A stretch of 64,000 bases of DNA, taken from assembly GCF_009914755.1 (NCBI RefSeq), contig NC_060944.1. One strand, 5' to 3'. Source of the stretch: the human T2T-CHM13v2.0 reference genome, Homo sapiens. The translations under genes and the position numbers were made by a program. Below the pieces are notes generated by a model. The model did no database searches and had not been told where the DNA came from. It saw nothing but the letters and a program-made list of their open reading frames with translations. This document shows positions 42,598-54,085 of this stretch, one piece after another. Position 1 is the stretch's first letter. Each line of letters starts with the position of its first letter.

Positions 42598-42847
42598 TCA
42601 CCCAGGCTGGAGTGCAGTGGCACAATCATGGATCACTGAAGCCTCCACCTCCTGAGCTCAGGCAATCCTCCCATCACAGCTTCCCAGGTAGCTGGGACCA
42701 CAGGTGCACAATACCTGGCTAATTTTTTGTAGAGACGGGATTTTGCCATGTTGCCCAGGCTGGTCTCGAACTCCTGGGCTCAAGTGATCCACCCACCTCA
42801 GCCTCCCAAAGTGCTGGGATTACAGGTGTGAGCCATCTCACCCAGAC
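42598..42847 (-). mobile_element. AluJ lacking its 3' end and tail
   Basis: J diagnostics (CTCCTGGGCTCAAGTGATCC, ATCCTCCC); begins at TCACCCAGGCTGG with no poly-T. Confidence 0.9.
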
Positions 42848-44065
42848 ACATGTCTGCATATCTGTTGAGTATATACATAGGAATGGAATCGCTGGGTTAT
42901 ATGGTAAATATATGCTTAATTTTATAAGAAACTGCCACTTTCCAAAGTGGGTTTACCATTTTTCACTTCCACCAGCAATGTATGACAGATCCATTTTCTC
43001 CATATATCTGTCAACACTTGACATTGTCACTCAAATAATTTTAGGCAATCTTGTGTATGTGTAATGATAGGTATCTCAATATGATTTTAATTTGTATTTC
43101 CACGTAACTAATGATGTCATGCACTTTTTCATATGTCAAGTGGCTCTTTGGATAACCTCTTTGTGAAAAAAACATTCAGGAATTTTGTTCATTTTTCCAT
43201 TGGATTATTTGCTTTTTGCTTTGTAAGAATATTTCTATTCTCTGAATATATGACCTTTGCATATACAAGATACTTGATTAGCAAATGGCTTTACTCACTC
43301 TCTTCCTTGCCTTTTCGTTATTTTAATTGTGTGTTTTGATGCATAAGTTTCTAATTTTAATTCACATTTATTCATCTATTTCTTTATGGTTGGGGCTTTT
43401 TGTTAGAAACAAGGCATTCTCCTACATTTTGTCCTAGAAGGCTTGTTGTTTTGTTCTATGATCATGATCAGCCTGGAATTGATTTTCTATAGATGATGGT
43501 GAGGGAAAATTTGTATTTTTCCATATGGATATTCAATTGGCCAAACACCAGTAATTGTAAAAAAAAAAAAAAATTGTTTACTTACTAGTCTATAGTGTCA
43601 CCTTTGTCATAAATCACCGGCTGTCATGCATGAGTCTGTTTTTGAACTCTATATTCTGTTTCATCAGTCTATTTATGTATTCTTCAGACAATCCTACTCT
43701 GATTTACTTACTGAGGTTTAATCTTGATAACAAATAGTGTAAAGCCTTCATATTCAGAAGGCTGGTCTTTTAAATTGCTTTGTTTATTTTTATCCCTAAT
43801 CACTTGCTCCTCTTCACATATAGACAAGAAAATGTGGCAATCCCTAAAGGGACTTCACTAGACCTTTAGATAAATTTGAGGAGCATTAACATCTTAATAA
43901 ATGTTGAGTTCAATACAAGAAAATAGTAGATCTCTCCATTTTTAAATAATATTTTAGTCTGTTTAGATTTTTCTATGCAGAGATTTTTAAAATATTTCAT
44001 TAGGTTTTTAATAGGTGCTTGTTTTGTGCTGTTATAATTGGTATTCTTTTTTGAAGTAGCATCAT

Positions 44066-44522
44066 TGTCTGGTGCACCTGATTTTATAGACAGGTTTGAG
44101 GAGGCAATGTCTAATTTATGTAGGGCCCACAGATTGGTTGGACCAGGTGTGATATTTACATAGCATGAGGAGAAGGCTGGCCACCCCACTCTAATCTTAT
44201 TATGCAAATAGGTTTTCCATTTAGCCAGTGCCATGTTGTCTGCTCTTTACTGTACACCTGTCTGGTGAAGAGAAGGGAACATAGAGCCGCCATTTTGAAC
44301 ATGCCTAGCTCCAGATAGCCTTTTCCTATTGGCACAGCTGCCAGCATTCACCCGTGCAAGCTTCCAACTTGCTTGTCTATGTCTGCAGCTCGACTTTACA
44401 GGCTGCTCTTTGTTAGAAAAGAAAATGATTTGGGGGCTGCTTTTCATTAAAAGGAAAATCTTATCGAGGACTTTCTTACCCTCACAATATGCCTAAATAA
44501 TTTCTACTTAATTCCCATATCA
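44066..44522 (-). mobile_element. LTR9B-like (HUERS-P3 group ERV1) LTR, truncated just after the TATA box
   Basis: Minus strand begins TGATATGGGAATTAAGTAGAAATTATTTAGGC and contains AAAAGCAGCCCCCAAATC, ATTTGCATAATAAGATTAG and CTGTCTATAAAATC; matched to a recalled LTR9B consensus. Confidence 0.75.
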
Positions 44523-44868
44523 TTTTAACTATTGAAGTTACAGTGTTTATGAGGGCTTTGGTAAAATACCTGTGTTTTTAGATAAAAACAACAATGAAAA
44601 ATAAGCTACAGGAATAAAAACTTAAACATACCAAAGGTGTGAATGGTATTCACAACATCAAGTGTATGATATCTTACCTCATGGGGAGGAAGCTAACTTG
44701 GCAGGAATTTTGCAGAGTCTTCAATGCCTAAGTGAAAGTTATCAATTACAAGTAATCATTTTCTAATTGTTTCTTGATTGAATATAGGACTGAAATTATA
44801 CTCTAAATTGATCTAGCATTCAGTGGCCTTGTTATATCCACTTTTTAATACAAATAGTCTATCTATAA

Positions 44869-45255
<387 letters not shown>

Positions 45256-45541
45256 ACTGTTTTATTCTTTCTTACTGTACTGACTAGATCTCCAGTGCAA
45301 TGATGATTGGAAATTACTATAGCTGCTATCTTGGTTTCATCCTACATATCACAGAGAACGGTTGTTTAGAAACTCTTTATCCAATTAAGGAAGTTTCCCT
45401 TCTAGTCCTAGTTGTTTATGAGTTTTGTTGCTTTGCTGTTGATTTTAGAGACAGTCTTTCTCTACTACCCAAGCTGTAGTGCAGTAGCACTATAATAGCT
45501 CACTGCAAGCTCAAACTTCAGGGCTCAAATGTTCCTCTTAC

Positions 45542-45975
45542 TTTCATGCGCGTCCATGTGAAAAGACCACCAAACAGGCTTTGTGTGAGCAACATGGCTG
45601 TTTATTTCACCTGGGTGCAGGCGGGCTGAGTCCAAAAAGAGAGTCAGCAAAGGGAGATAGGGGTGGGGCCGTTTTATAGGATTTGGGAAGGTAATGGAAA
45701 ATTACAGTCAAAGGGGGTTGTTCTCTGGTGGGCAGGGGCGGGGGTCACAAGGTGCTCAGTGGGGGAGCTTCTGAGCCAGGAGAAGGAAATTCGCAGGGTT
45801 AATCACTCAGTTAAGGTGGGGCAGGAACAAATCACCATGGTGGAATGTCATCAGTTGAGGCGGGGCAGGGCCTTTTCACTTCTTTTGTGATTCTTCAGTT
45901 ACTTCAGGCCATCTGGGTGTATACGTGCAAGTCACAGGGGATGCGATGGCTTGGCTTGGGCTCAGAGGCCTGACA
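45542..45975 (-). terminator. HERV-H 3' LTR with AATAAA poly(A) signal (45601-45606)
   Basis: TTTATT on the + strand within the R region; PPT immediately upstream on the - strand. Confidence 0.85.
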
Positions 45976-46649
45976 TTCCTGCCTTCTTATATTAATAAGA
46001 AAAATAAAACAAAATGGTGTTGACGTGTTGCGGCGGCGAAAATTTTTGGTGGGTGATATGGAGAGAAGAGAATGGGAAATGTTTCTCAGCGCTGCTTCAA
46101 GCGGGATTAGGGGCAGCATGGGAACCTAGAGTGGGAGAGATTAAGCTGAAGGGAGGTCTTGTGGCAAGGGGTGATATTGTGGGGATGTTAGAAGAAACAT
46201 TTGTCGTATACAATGATTGGTGATGGCCTGGATACGGTTTTGGATGAATTGAGAAACTAAATGGAAAAACAGAAGAAGAAAAACCGGTATAAAAGGTCTA
46301 AGAATTGGGACGACTCAGGATATCTGATTAGAGAGTGCCTAAGGAGATTCAGCATAGTTCTGCCAGCAAAGATTATTTATTTACTTCAAGAGTTAAGAGT
46401 GGCAGTTTGGGGATAGCACCAGGAGATATCAGCTGTGATGGCTTGGAAAAACAGTGTAAACTGGCAGTGTAAACAAGAGCAGGGCATGTATGAGTAGTTG
46501 AGAATGGTGAATAGGAGTATGACTAGACAGAAGATAGTAGGGATGACAAGTTTTTTTGGGGGCACAGTCTAAGTTGGTCTGGTGTCTGGAATGAGACTGG
46601 GGCCTAATAAAAAGGAGCGTCTATACAGGAGCTCAAATGGGCTATACCC

Positions 46650-48400
46650 TGTAGCATTCCGAGGACAGCCCTAAATTCTGAGAAGGGAAAGTGGTAAAAG
46701 TATTGTCCAGTCCTTTTTAAGTTGGTGGCTGAGCATGGTGAGGTGTGTTTTTAAAAGACCTTTAGTCCGTTCTACTTTTCTTGAAGACGGAGGACCGTAA
46801 GGGATGTAAAGGTTTCACTGAATACTAAGAGCCTGAAAAACTGCTTGGCTGATTTGACTAATAAAGGCTGGTCTGTTATCAGACTGTATTGAGGTGGGAA
46901 GGCTAAACTGAGGAATTATGTCTGACAGAAGGGAATAAATGACTGCGGTGGCCTTCTCAGACCCTGTAGGAAAGGCCTCTACCTATCCAGTGAAAGTATC
47001 TACCTAGACTAAGAGGTATTTTAGTTATCAGACTCAGGGCATGTTGAGTAAAGCTAATTTGCCAGTCCTGGGTGGGGGCAAATCCTCGAGCTTGATGTGT
47101 AGGGAAGGGAGGGGGCCTGAATAATCCCTGAGGAGTAGTAGAATAGCAGATGGAACACTGAGAAGTTACCTCCTTGAGGATAGATTTCCAGGATGGAAAG
47201 GAAATGAGAGGTTCTAAGAGGCGGGCTAGTGGCTTGTATTATAGCATAACCTGCCTTTGCTGGTGTGTGGCGATTAGGCCTGGTGGAACCGCCATCAATA
47301 AATCAAGGGTGATCAGGGTGAGGAACAGGAAAGAAGGAAATTTGGGGAAATGGGGTGAATGTCAGGTGGATCAGAGATACAGTCATGGGGGTCAGGTGTG
47401 GTATCAGGAATAATGTGGGAGGCTGGATTGAAGTCTGGGCCAGGAACAACGGTAATTGTGGGAGACTCAACAAAGAGTGAGTATAGCTGAAGGAGCTGGG
47501 AAGCAGAAAGTACATGCATCAGGTATGAGGAAGAAAATAGATTTTGGAAGTTATGAGAACTGTAGAGAGTGAGTTGAGCATAGTTTGTGATTTTGAGGGC
47601 CTCTAAAAGTATTAATGCAGTGGCAGCCACTGCACACAGACATGAGGGCTAGGCTAAAACAGTAAGGTCAAGTTGTTTGGACAGAAAGGCTACAGGGTGT
47701 GGTCCTGGCTCTTGTGTAAGAATTCTGACCACGCTAACCATGCCTAGGAAGGAAAGGAGTTGTTGTTTTATAGAAGGTACTGGGGTTTGAGAGATCAGTC
47801 AGACACGATTGGCAGGGAGAGCACGTGTGTTTTTATGAGAATTATGCCGAGATAGGTAACAGATGAGGAAGAAATTTGGGCTTGATTGAAGTAATGGGGG
47901 CTGTCTGTGAAGCTTTGTGGCAGTACAGCCTAGGTAATTTGCTGAGCTTGATGGGTGTCAGGGTCAGTCCAAGTGAAAGTGAAGAGAGGCTGGGATTAAG
48001 GGTGCAAAGGAATAGTAAAGAAAGCATGTTTGAGATCTAGAACAGAATAATGGGTTATAGAGGCAGGTATTGAGGATAGGAGAGTATATGGGTTTGGCAC
48101 CACGGGGTGGATAGGCAAAACAATTTGGTCGATAAGGCGCAGATCCTGAACTAACTTGTAAGGCTTGTCTGGTTTTAGGACAGGTAAAATGGGGGAATTG
48201 TAAGGAGAGTTTATAGGCTTTAAAAGGCCATGCTGTAGCAGGCGAGTGATAACAGGCTTTAATCTTTTTAAAGCGTGCTACGGGATGGGATATTGGCATT
48301 GGGGGGTAAGGGTGATTAGGTTTTAATGAGATGGTAAGGGGTGCATGATCGGTTGCCAAGGAGGGAGTAGAGGTATCCTATACTTGTGGGTTAAGGTGGG
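46650..48400 (-). pseudogene. HERV-H pol remnants (RT, RNase H, integrase fragments), frameshifted and deleted
   Basis: Peptides ATDHAPLTISLKPNHPYP and AATALILLEALKITNYAQLTLYSSHNFQNL; many stops. Confidence 0.85.
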
Positions 48401-48512
48401 GTGTTACAAGAGGAGGATGCAAAGGAGGCTTTGGATTGGGAAGAAGGGCAGCAATGAGATATAGCTGTAGTCCAGGAATAGTCAGGGAAGCAGATAATTT
48501 AGTTAAAGTGTC

Positions 48513-48737
48513 TCAGCCTAATAAGGGAACTGGGCAGGTGGGGATAACTAAAAAGGAGTGCTTAAAAGAGTATTGTCTAAGTTGGCACCAGAGTTGGGGA
48601 GTTTTAAGAGGTTTAGGAGCCTGGCCGTCAATACCCACAACAGTTATGGAGGCAAGGGAAACAGGTCCTTGAAAAGAAGGTAATGTGGAGTGTGTAGCCT
48701 CCGTATTGATTAAGAAGGGGACGGGCTTACCTTCCAC
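48513..48737 (-). pseudogene. HERV-H protease remnant; catalytic DTG reads NTE
   Basis: ORF VPFLINTEATHSTLPSFQGPVSLASITVVGIDG...SFLVIPTCPVPLLG, followed by a stop. Confidence 0.88.
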
Positions 48738-48799
48738 TGTGAGAGTTACCCGAAGCTCAGCGTCCGTGATGGTCTAGTGGGCTTCCGAGGCGATCGGGC

Positions 48800-49950
48800 A
48801 GTGTCAGTCTTCAGCCGCTAAGCTGAGAAGATCTGGGAAGGAGTCAGTCAGAGAGCCTTGGGCCAGAGTTCCAGGGGCTCTGGGAGTGGCTGCCAGGTGA
48901 GTTGAACAGTCCGATTTTCAGTGGGGTCCGACACAGATGGGACGCGGCTTAGGAGGAATCCTGGGCTGCTGGCATTCCTTGGCCCAATGGCCAGATTTCT
49001 GGCATGTGTAGCAAGCTCCTGTGGGAGGAGGTTCTGGAGGAACGCCTGGCCACTGCGGTTCAGGTGTTTGGAAGTTCTTGTGTGCTAGAGATGTGGCTGG
49101 GGTTTGTCTCACAGTGGAGGCAAGGAATTGCAACTTTTTTCTATTATTGTACACCTTGAAGGCGAGGTTAATTAAATCCTGTTGTGGGGTTTGAGGGCCG
49201 GAATTTAATTTTTGGAGTTTTATTTAATGTCAGGAGCAGATTGGGTAATAAAATGTATTTTGAGAATAAGACAGCCTTTTGACTTTTTAGGGTCTAGGGC
49301 TGTAAAGTGTCTCAGGGTTGCTGCCAAACAAGTCATGAACTGGGCTGGATTTTTATATTTGATGAAAAAGAGCCTAAACGCTATCTGATTTGGGATAAAG
49401 AAAAAGGAGCATTAACCTTGACTATGCCTTTGGCTCCAGCCACCTTTTTAAGAGTAAATTGCTGGGCAGGTGGGGGAGGGCTAGTCACGGAAGGAAACTG
49501 TAAGCCTGACCAGGTGTGAGGAGGGGAGGTGATAAAAAGATTATAGGGTGGAGGAGGAGAGGCTGAGGAAGAATTGGGACCTAGTTTGGCCTGGCGAGGA
49601 GGGGAGAGGTCAGATGGGTCTGTAGAAAAGGAAGATTAGAAAGACTCAGTGATGCTTGGGGTTGGGACTGAGAGGACAGGTGGGAGGGAAAGAAGGAAGA
49701 TTTGGGACGAGTTGCACTGGGCACAGAGACTAGGAAGGGACTGATGTGTAAAAGAATGCCTGGACATCAGGCACCTCAGACCATTTGCCTATTTTACGAC
49801 AAGAATTATTTAGACCTTGCAGCATGGAAAAATTCAAAGTGCTATTTGCTGGCTATTTGGAACTACTGTCGAGTTTGTATTGGGGTCAAGCGGCATTGCA
49901 GAAGAAAATAAGGCATTTAGATTTTAGGTCAGGTGTGAGTTGAAGAGGTT
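48800..49950 (-). pseudogene. HERV-H gag remnant; first zinc knuckle intact (48972-49013), second broken
   Basis: CYTCQKSGHWAKEC fits CX2CX4HX4C; the second knuckle reads RPICVGPH*. Confidence 0.85.
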
Positions 49951-50759
49951 TTAAGTTTTTGAGAACACAGGCCAAGGGAGTAGAAGGAGGAATGGAGGGT
50001 GGAAGGTTGCCTATAGTGAAGGAAGCAAGCCTAGAGAAAAGAGAGAGTAGAGAAATGGAGGGAAGGGGTTTGGGGGTTCTTACCTTCCAGAAAAGTGGGA
50101 AAAGGGGTTGGGGCGCAGAGATAAGAGGTCGGGGGGCAGAAATAAGGGATGGGGCACAGAAGTAAGGGGTCGGGGCATGGAAATAAGGGATTGGGGCACA
50201 GAGATATGAGGTTCGGGTGTGGAAATAAGGGATTGGGGGTTCTTGCCCCCTAGAAAAGCAGGACTTGCCACTAAGGGTGAAGGAGAAGGGGTTGAGGGGT
50301 ACTTGCCACTCCCCCAGAAAAGTGGGACTTGCCGCTAAGGGTGAAGGACCAAGGCAGGCGTCCCTGCGTGGTCTGACACCTTTGAAATGTGGGTGAATTA
50401 TCAGAGAGGCATCCCTGCAATGATTAAACACCAAGGGAAGGCTGCCTTCCCAGTCCGTAACTGGCACCGGAGTTTTGGGTCCACGGACAAAACGTGTCTC
50501 CTTTGTCTCTACCAGAAAATGAAAGGAATTGAAATTAAGGGAGAGATTGAAGTGTGGCGCCAAGATTGAAAGGAGAAAGAGGTTGAGGGATAGTGAGGGA
50601 GGTTGGAGAAGAGAGTAAAAAGAGGCCGCTTACCGGATTTGAAATTGGTGAGATGTTTCTTGGGCTGGTCGGTCTCAGGACCTGAGGTCGTAGGTGGATC
50701 TTTCTCACGGAGCAAAGAGCAGGAGGATGGGGGATTGATCTCCCAAGGGAGGTCCCCTG

Positions 50760-50777
50760 ATCCGAGTCACGGCACCA
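50760..50777 (-). other. Primer-binding site complementary to tRNA-His
   Basis: TGGTGCCGTGACTCGGAT, 2 nt after the 5' LTR. Confidence 0.95.
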
Positions 50778-50779
50778 AA

Positions 50780-51213
50780 TTTCATGCACGTCCGTGTGAA
50801 GAGACCACCAAACAGGCTTTGTGTGAGCAACATGGCTGTTTATTTCACCTGGGTGCAGGCGGGCTGAGTCCAAAAAGAGAGTCAGCAAAGGGAGATAGGG
50901 GTGGGGCCATTTTATAGGATTTGGGAAGGTAATGGAAAATTACAGTCAAAGGGGGTTGTTCTCTGGTGGGCAGGGGCGGGGGTCACAAGGTGCTCAGTTG
51001 GGGAGCTTCTGAGCCAGGAGAAGGAAATTCGCAGGGTTAATCACTCAGTTAAGGTGGGGCAGGAACAAATCACCATGGTGGAATGTCATCAGTTGAGGCG
51101 GGGCAGGGCCTTTTCACTTCTTTTGTGATTCTTCAGTTACATCAGGCCATCTGGGCGTATACGTGCAAGTCACAGGGGATGCGATGGCTTGGCTTGGGCT
51201 CAGAGGCCTGACA
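50780..51213 (-). promoter_or_regulatory. HERV-H 5' LTR (LTR7Y) promoter with TATAAAA at 50910-50916 and several KLF/SP GC-boxes
   Basis: LTR7Y-type block AAAAGGCCCTGCCCCGCC...TGAGTGATTAACCCTG; motifs CCCCGCCCC, GCCCCACC and GCCCCACCCC. Confidence 0.85.
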
Positions 51214-53532
51214 CTTACCTCAGCATCCCATGTGGCTGGGACTATAGGCGTGTGCCACCATGCCTTGCTATTTTTTTTTATGTTTTATAGCGATGGGGTC
51301 TTGCTATGTTGCCCATACTGGTCTCGAACTCCTGGCCTCAAGTGATCCTCCCTCCTCAGTCTCTCAAAGTGCTGAGATTACAGGCATGAGCCACTGTGCC
51401 CAGCAGCTATGAGTTTTTATTGTGAATATTGAGTTTTATTAAATGCTGTGTCAGCATCTTTAGAGATGATCTAGTCTTTATTCTTTGTGGTGAATCACAT
51501 TGAGCTTTGAATTTATACCACTCATGAATTCTTAGAGCCACCTCTACTTTGTCAGGCTGTCCCTTTATTCTACTACTGTAATTTCAGGGCTTTGATTATT
51601 ATTTTGCTTTGGTTTGCATCAATGTTCCTGAGAAAAATGGACCTATAATTTTCTTCTCTTTTAACGTCCTCATTAGGTGTTAGTATCAAGATTATACTGG
51701 CTGTATAAAAAGAGGCCCAGTGAGTTTTCTCTTTTTCTATTATCTCGAATAACTTTTGTAAGATCGGTCTTATTTTTTTCTTAAACATTTGGTAGAAATC
51801 ACAAGTGAAGCAATTTGAAGTCTAAAGTTTTTCGTTTTTTGATTTGTTTGTGTGTATATGTGAAAAGATTCTTTCATGGATAACTTTTAGATAACTATCA
51901 TAATCATTAAATTTTCTATTTTTTTCTTGTATCAGATTTGGTAAGATTTATTTTTTCAGGAGTTTATCAATTGTTTCTTTTTTTTTCCAGAAAGTTTTTC
52001 ATAATATTCTCCTAATGTTCATTTGCATTTACTGACCATGGTTTTCATCCTGCATGTTGGTGCTTTATGCCTCTTTGTTTCTTGATGTGTCTTGCCAGAG
52101 GTTTAAGTAATTTCATCAGCTTTTCCAAAAAAGCAACTTTTGGCTGTGTTCATCTTCTGGATCTTATATTTACTTTTCATTTCATTAATTTTGTCCCCAA
52201 TCTTTATTATCATCTTCCATTTTTTTTACTTAATTTGCTATTATTTTCTAACTGATGGAGATGAATACCTGATCATTAATTTTCAGTTTTTTCTTCTCTT
52301 CTGTGGACATGTGGCTATCAAGTTCCCTGTAATCATCGACTGAGTTATATTCCATACATTTTGATTTTTCTCATTTTCATTATTATTCATTTCAAACTAC
52401 TTCCTGTTTTCATTTACCCATGGGTAATTTAAAAGTATAGAAATTTTCACACACACACAAATTTTCTTTTCTTGTCTTTTTTTTTTTTTTGGTTATTGAT
52501 TTTGAGCTGAATTCTACTCTGACTAAAAAACATACTCAATGCTGTGAATTTCACAGGATTGTAAAATTTCAATCCTGTGAATTAAATTTGTTTAGACTTG
52601 TCAAGCATATCATCAACTTTGGTAAATGTTTTTTATACATTTAAAAATAATATTAAGGTGATGTTAGATACAATATTGTAAAAATGCCAATTAGGTCAAA
52701 TTTATTATTCATATCATTTACTTTTGCTATAGACTTCCTAAATTTGTCCACTTATTTAATTATATACTACAGAATTGTAATAAAATCTTCTGCAAGTAGT
52801 GTGTATTAGTCTATTTTTTTCATTTACTTCTATTATATTGAGTTTTATACATTTTGAAGCTGTATTATTAGGTACCATGTTACCTCTCATTCGTTACAAA
52901 GTTTTGTGAATATGATGCTTTGACTTTTTCAGAGAATATAATTCATAAATCAGTGCAACCAGAAACTGCAACATGTCACATTGTAATGAATGTTTACAAG
53001 TAAATAGAGAAACCAAAGTCAGCCTAGCTGAACCTCAGTCTCCCACTTTTTCCTCACAAGCTAAATGAACATCTGATCCACTCTTCTGCACCAAGATCTC
53101 GACCAAAACAAAACTCCAGCTTCAATCAGTATTTTAATTGAGGAATTAGTATTTAGAATTTTATATTTTCTTGTTTAAAAAATTGGTATCATTATACAAA
53201 GAACCTCTCTAACTTTAACCTTGATTGCTATCTTTTTGACTCATTTTAGTCTAATTATTTTAGATTTATTTTGTTTAATGTTTGCCTTATATCTTTTTCC
53301 CACATCTTATATATCTTTTGTTGTATTGAAGTGGAACATTACTAAAGGGCATGGAAATAATAAAACCTCAGTGCAGGAAATATACCCTAGCTTCAGTGGA
53401 AAATAATCCAAGAACTAGAAAACTGCTGGGATTGACAATCTTCCCTGCCGGGGCTCCTATTTCTTCATTTCTGCTTTGTTTTGCCCACTATTTCTATAAT
53501 TCCTTCTTTCAACTTTTTTGTCCTGTTTGGAG

Positions 53533-54085
53533 TGTGGGAGACCTGAATGTGCCACCCCAAAATATACCCTTTACCATGAGGATTGCCAATCTGAAAGCAA
53601 ATAAGAAGCACTTGTAGGAAAGTTCTCTGTCTACCCTCTATTTGCATAATATCAGGACATAAACTTACAAAGAAAAAAGATACCCCACCTCCCTTTTCTA
53701 CGAGGGAGAGCAAAAGTTAACTGCTTAAGACAACTGTAGACCCTTATGCGTGTGGAGTTGGCACCAAAAGCATCTACATAAATAAACCTTACTGACCAGC
53801 ATTTAGCTGCCATTATTTGCCTTCCCATAAGTTGTTGCCCTTAGAGACTCAAGGTCCTTTTCCTTTTACTTGTCACCTCTCTAAAAATGTACTGTTCATT
53901 GTCAAAGATGGTATATCAGCTGGAAGTCAAAGCCACCTCTTCGAGAATTACTTCTTCTCTGGATACCTCTTATACGCCTATACATGTTAATATACATGTT
54001 AATAAGCATCTATTTGCTTTTCTCTTGATAATTTGTCTTTTGCTACAGAGTTTCTTTTGCAACCAAGAACTTATGAGGATTGAGC
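53533..54085 (+). mobile_element. MER34-family ERV1 solo LTR
   Basis: TGTGGGAGACCTGAATGTGCCACCCCAAAATAT...GACAACTGTAGACC...ATACATGTTAATAAGC. Confidence 0.65.

Larger units (their letters stand above)
45542..51213 (-). mobile_element. HERV-H provirus, common ~5.7-kb pol/env-deleted form, with LTR7Y-type LTRs
   Basis: 434-bp LTRs at 45542-45975 and 50780-51213; 5-bp TSD CTTAC (45537-45541, 51214-51218); tRNA-His PBS; PPT AAGAAGGCAGGAA; gag/pro/pol remnants. Confidence 0.97.
45443..51403 (-). mobile_element. AluJ split by HERV-H (pieces 45443-45541 and 51214-51403)
   Basis: Joining across the TSD restores ...GGGCTCAAATGTTCCTCTTACCTCAGC...; flanked by TATGAGTTTT on both sides. Confidence 0.9.

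Noticed and set aside
49886-50563. 225-aa minus-strand ORF in the HERV-H leader
   Set aside because: Largely translation of C-rich tandem repeats, with no Gag domain. It cannot be called a protein without ribosome profiling.
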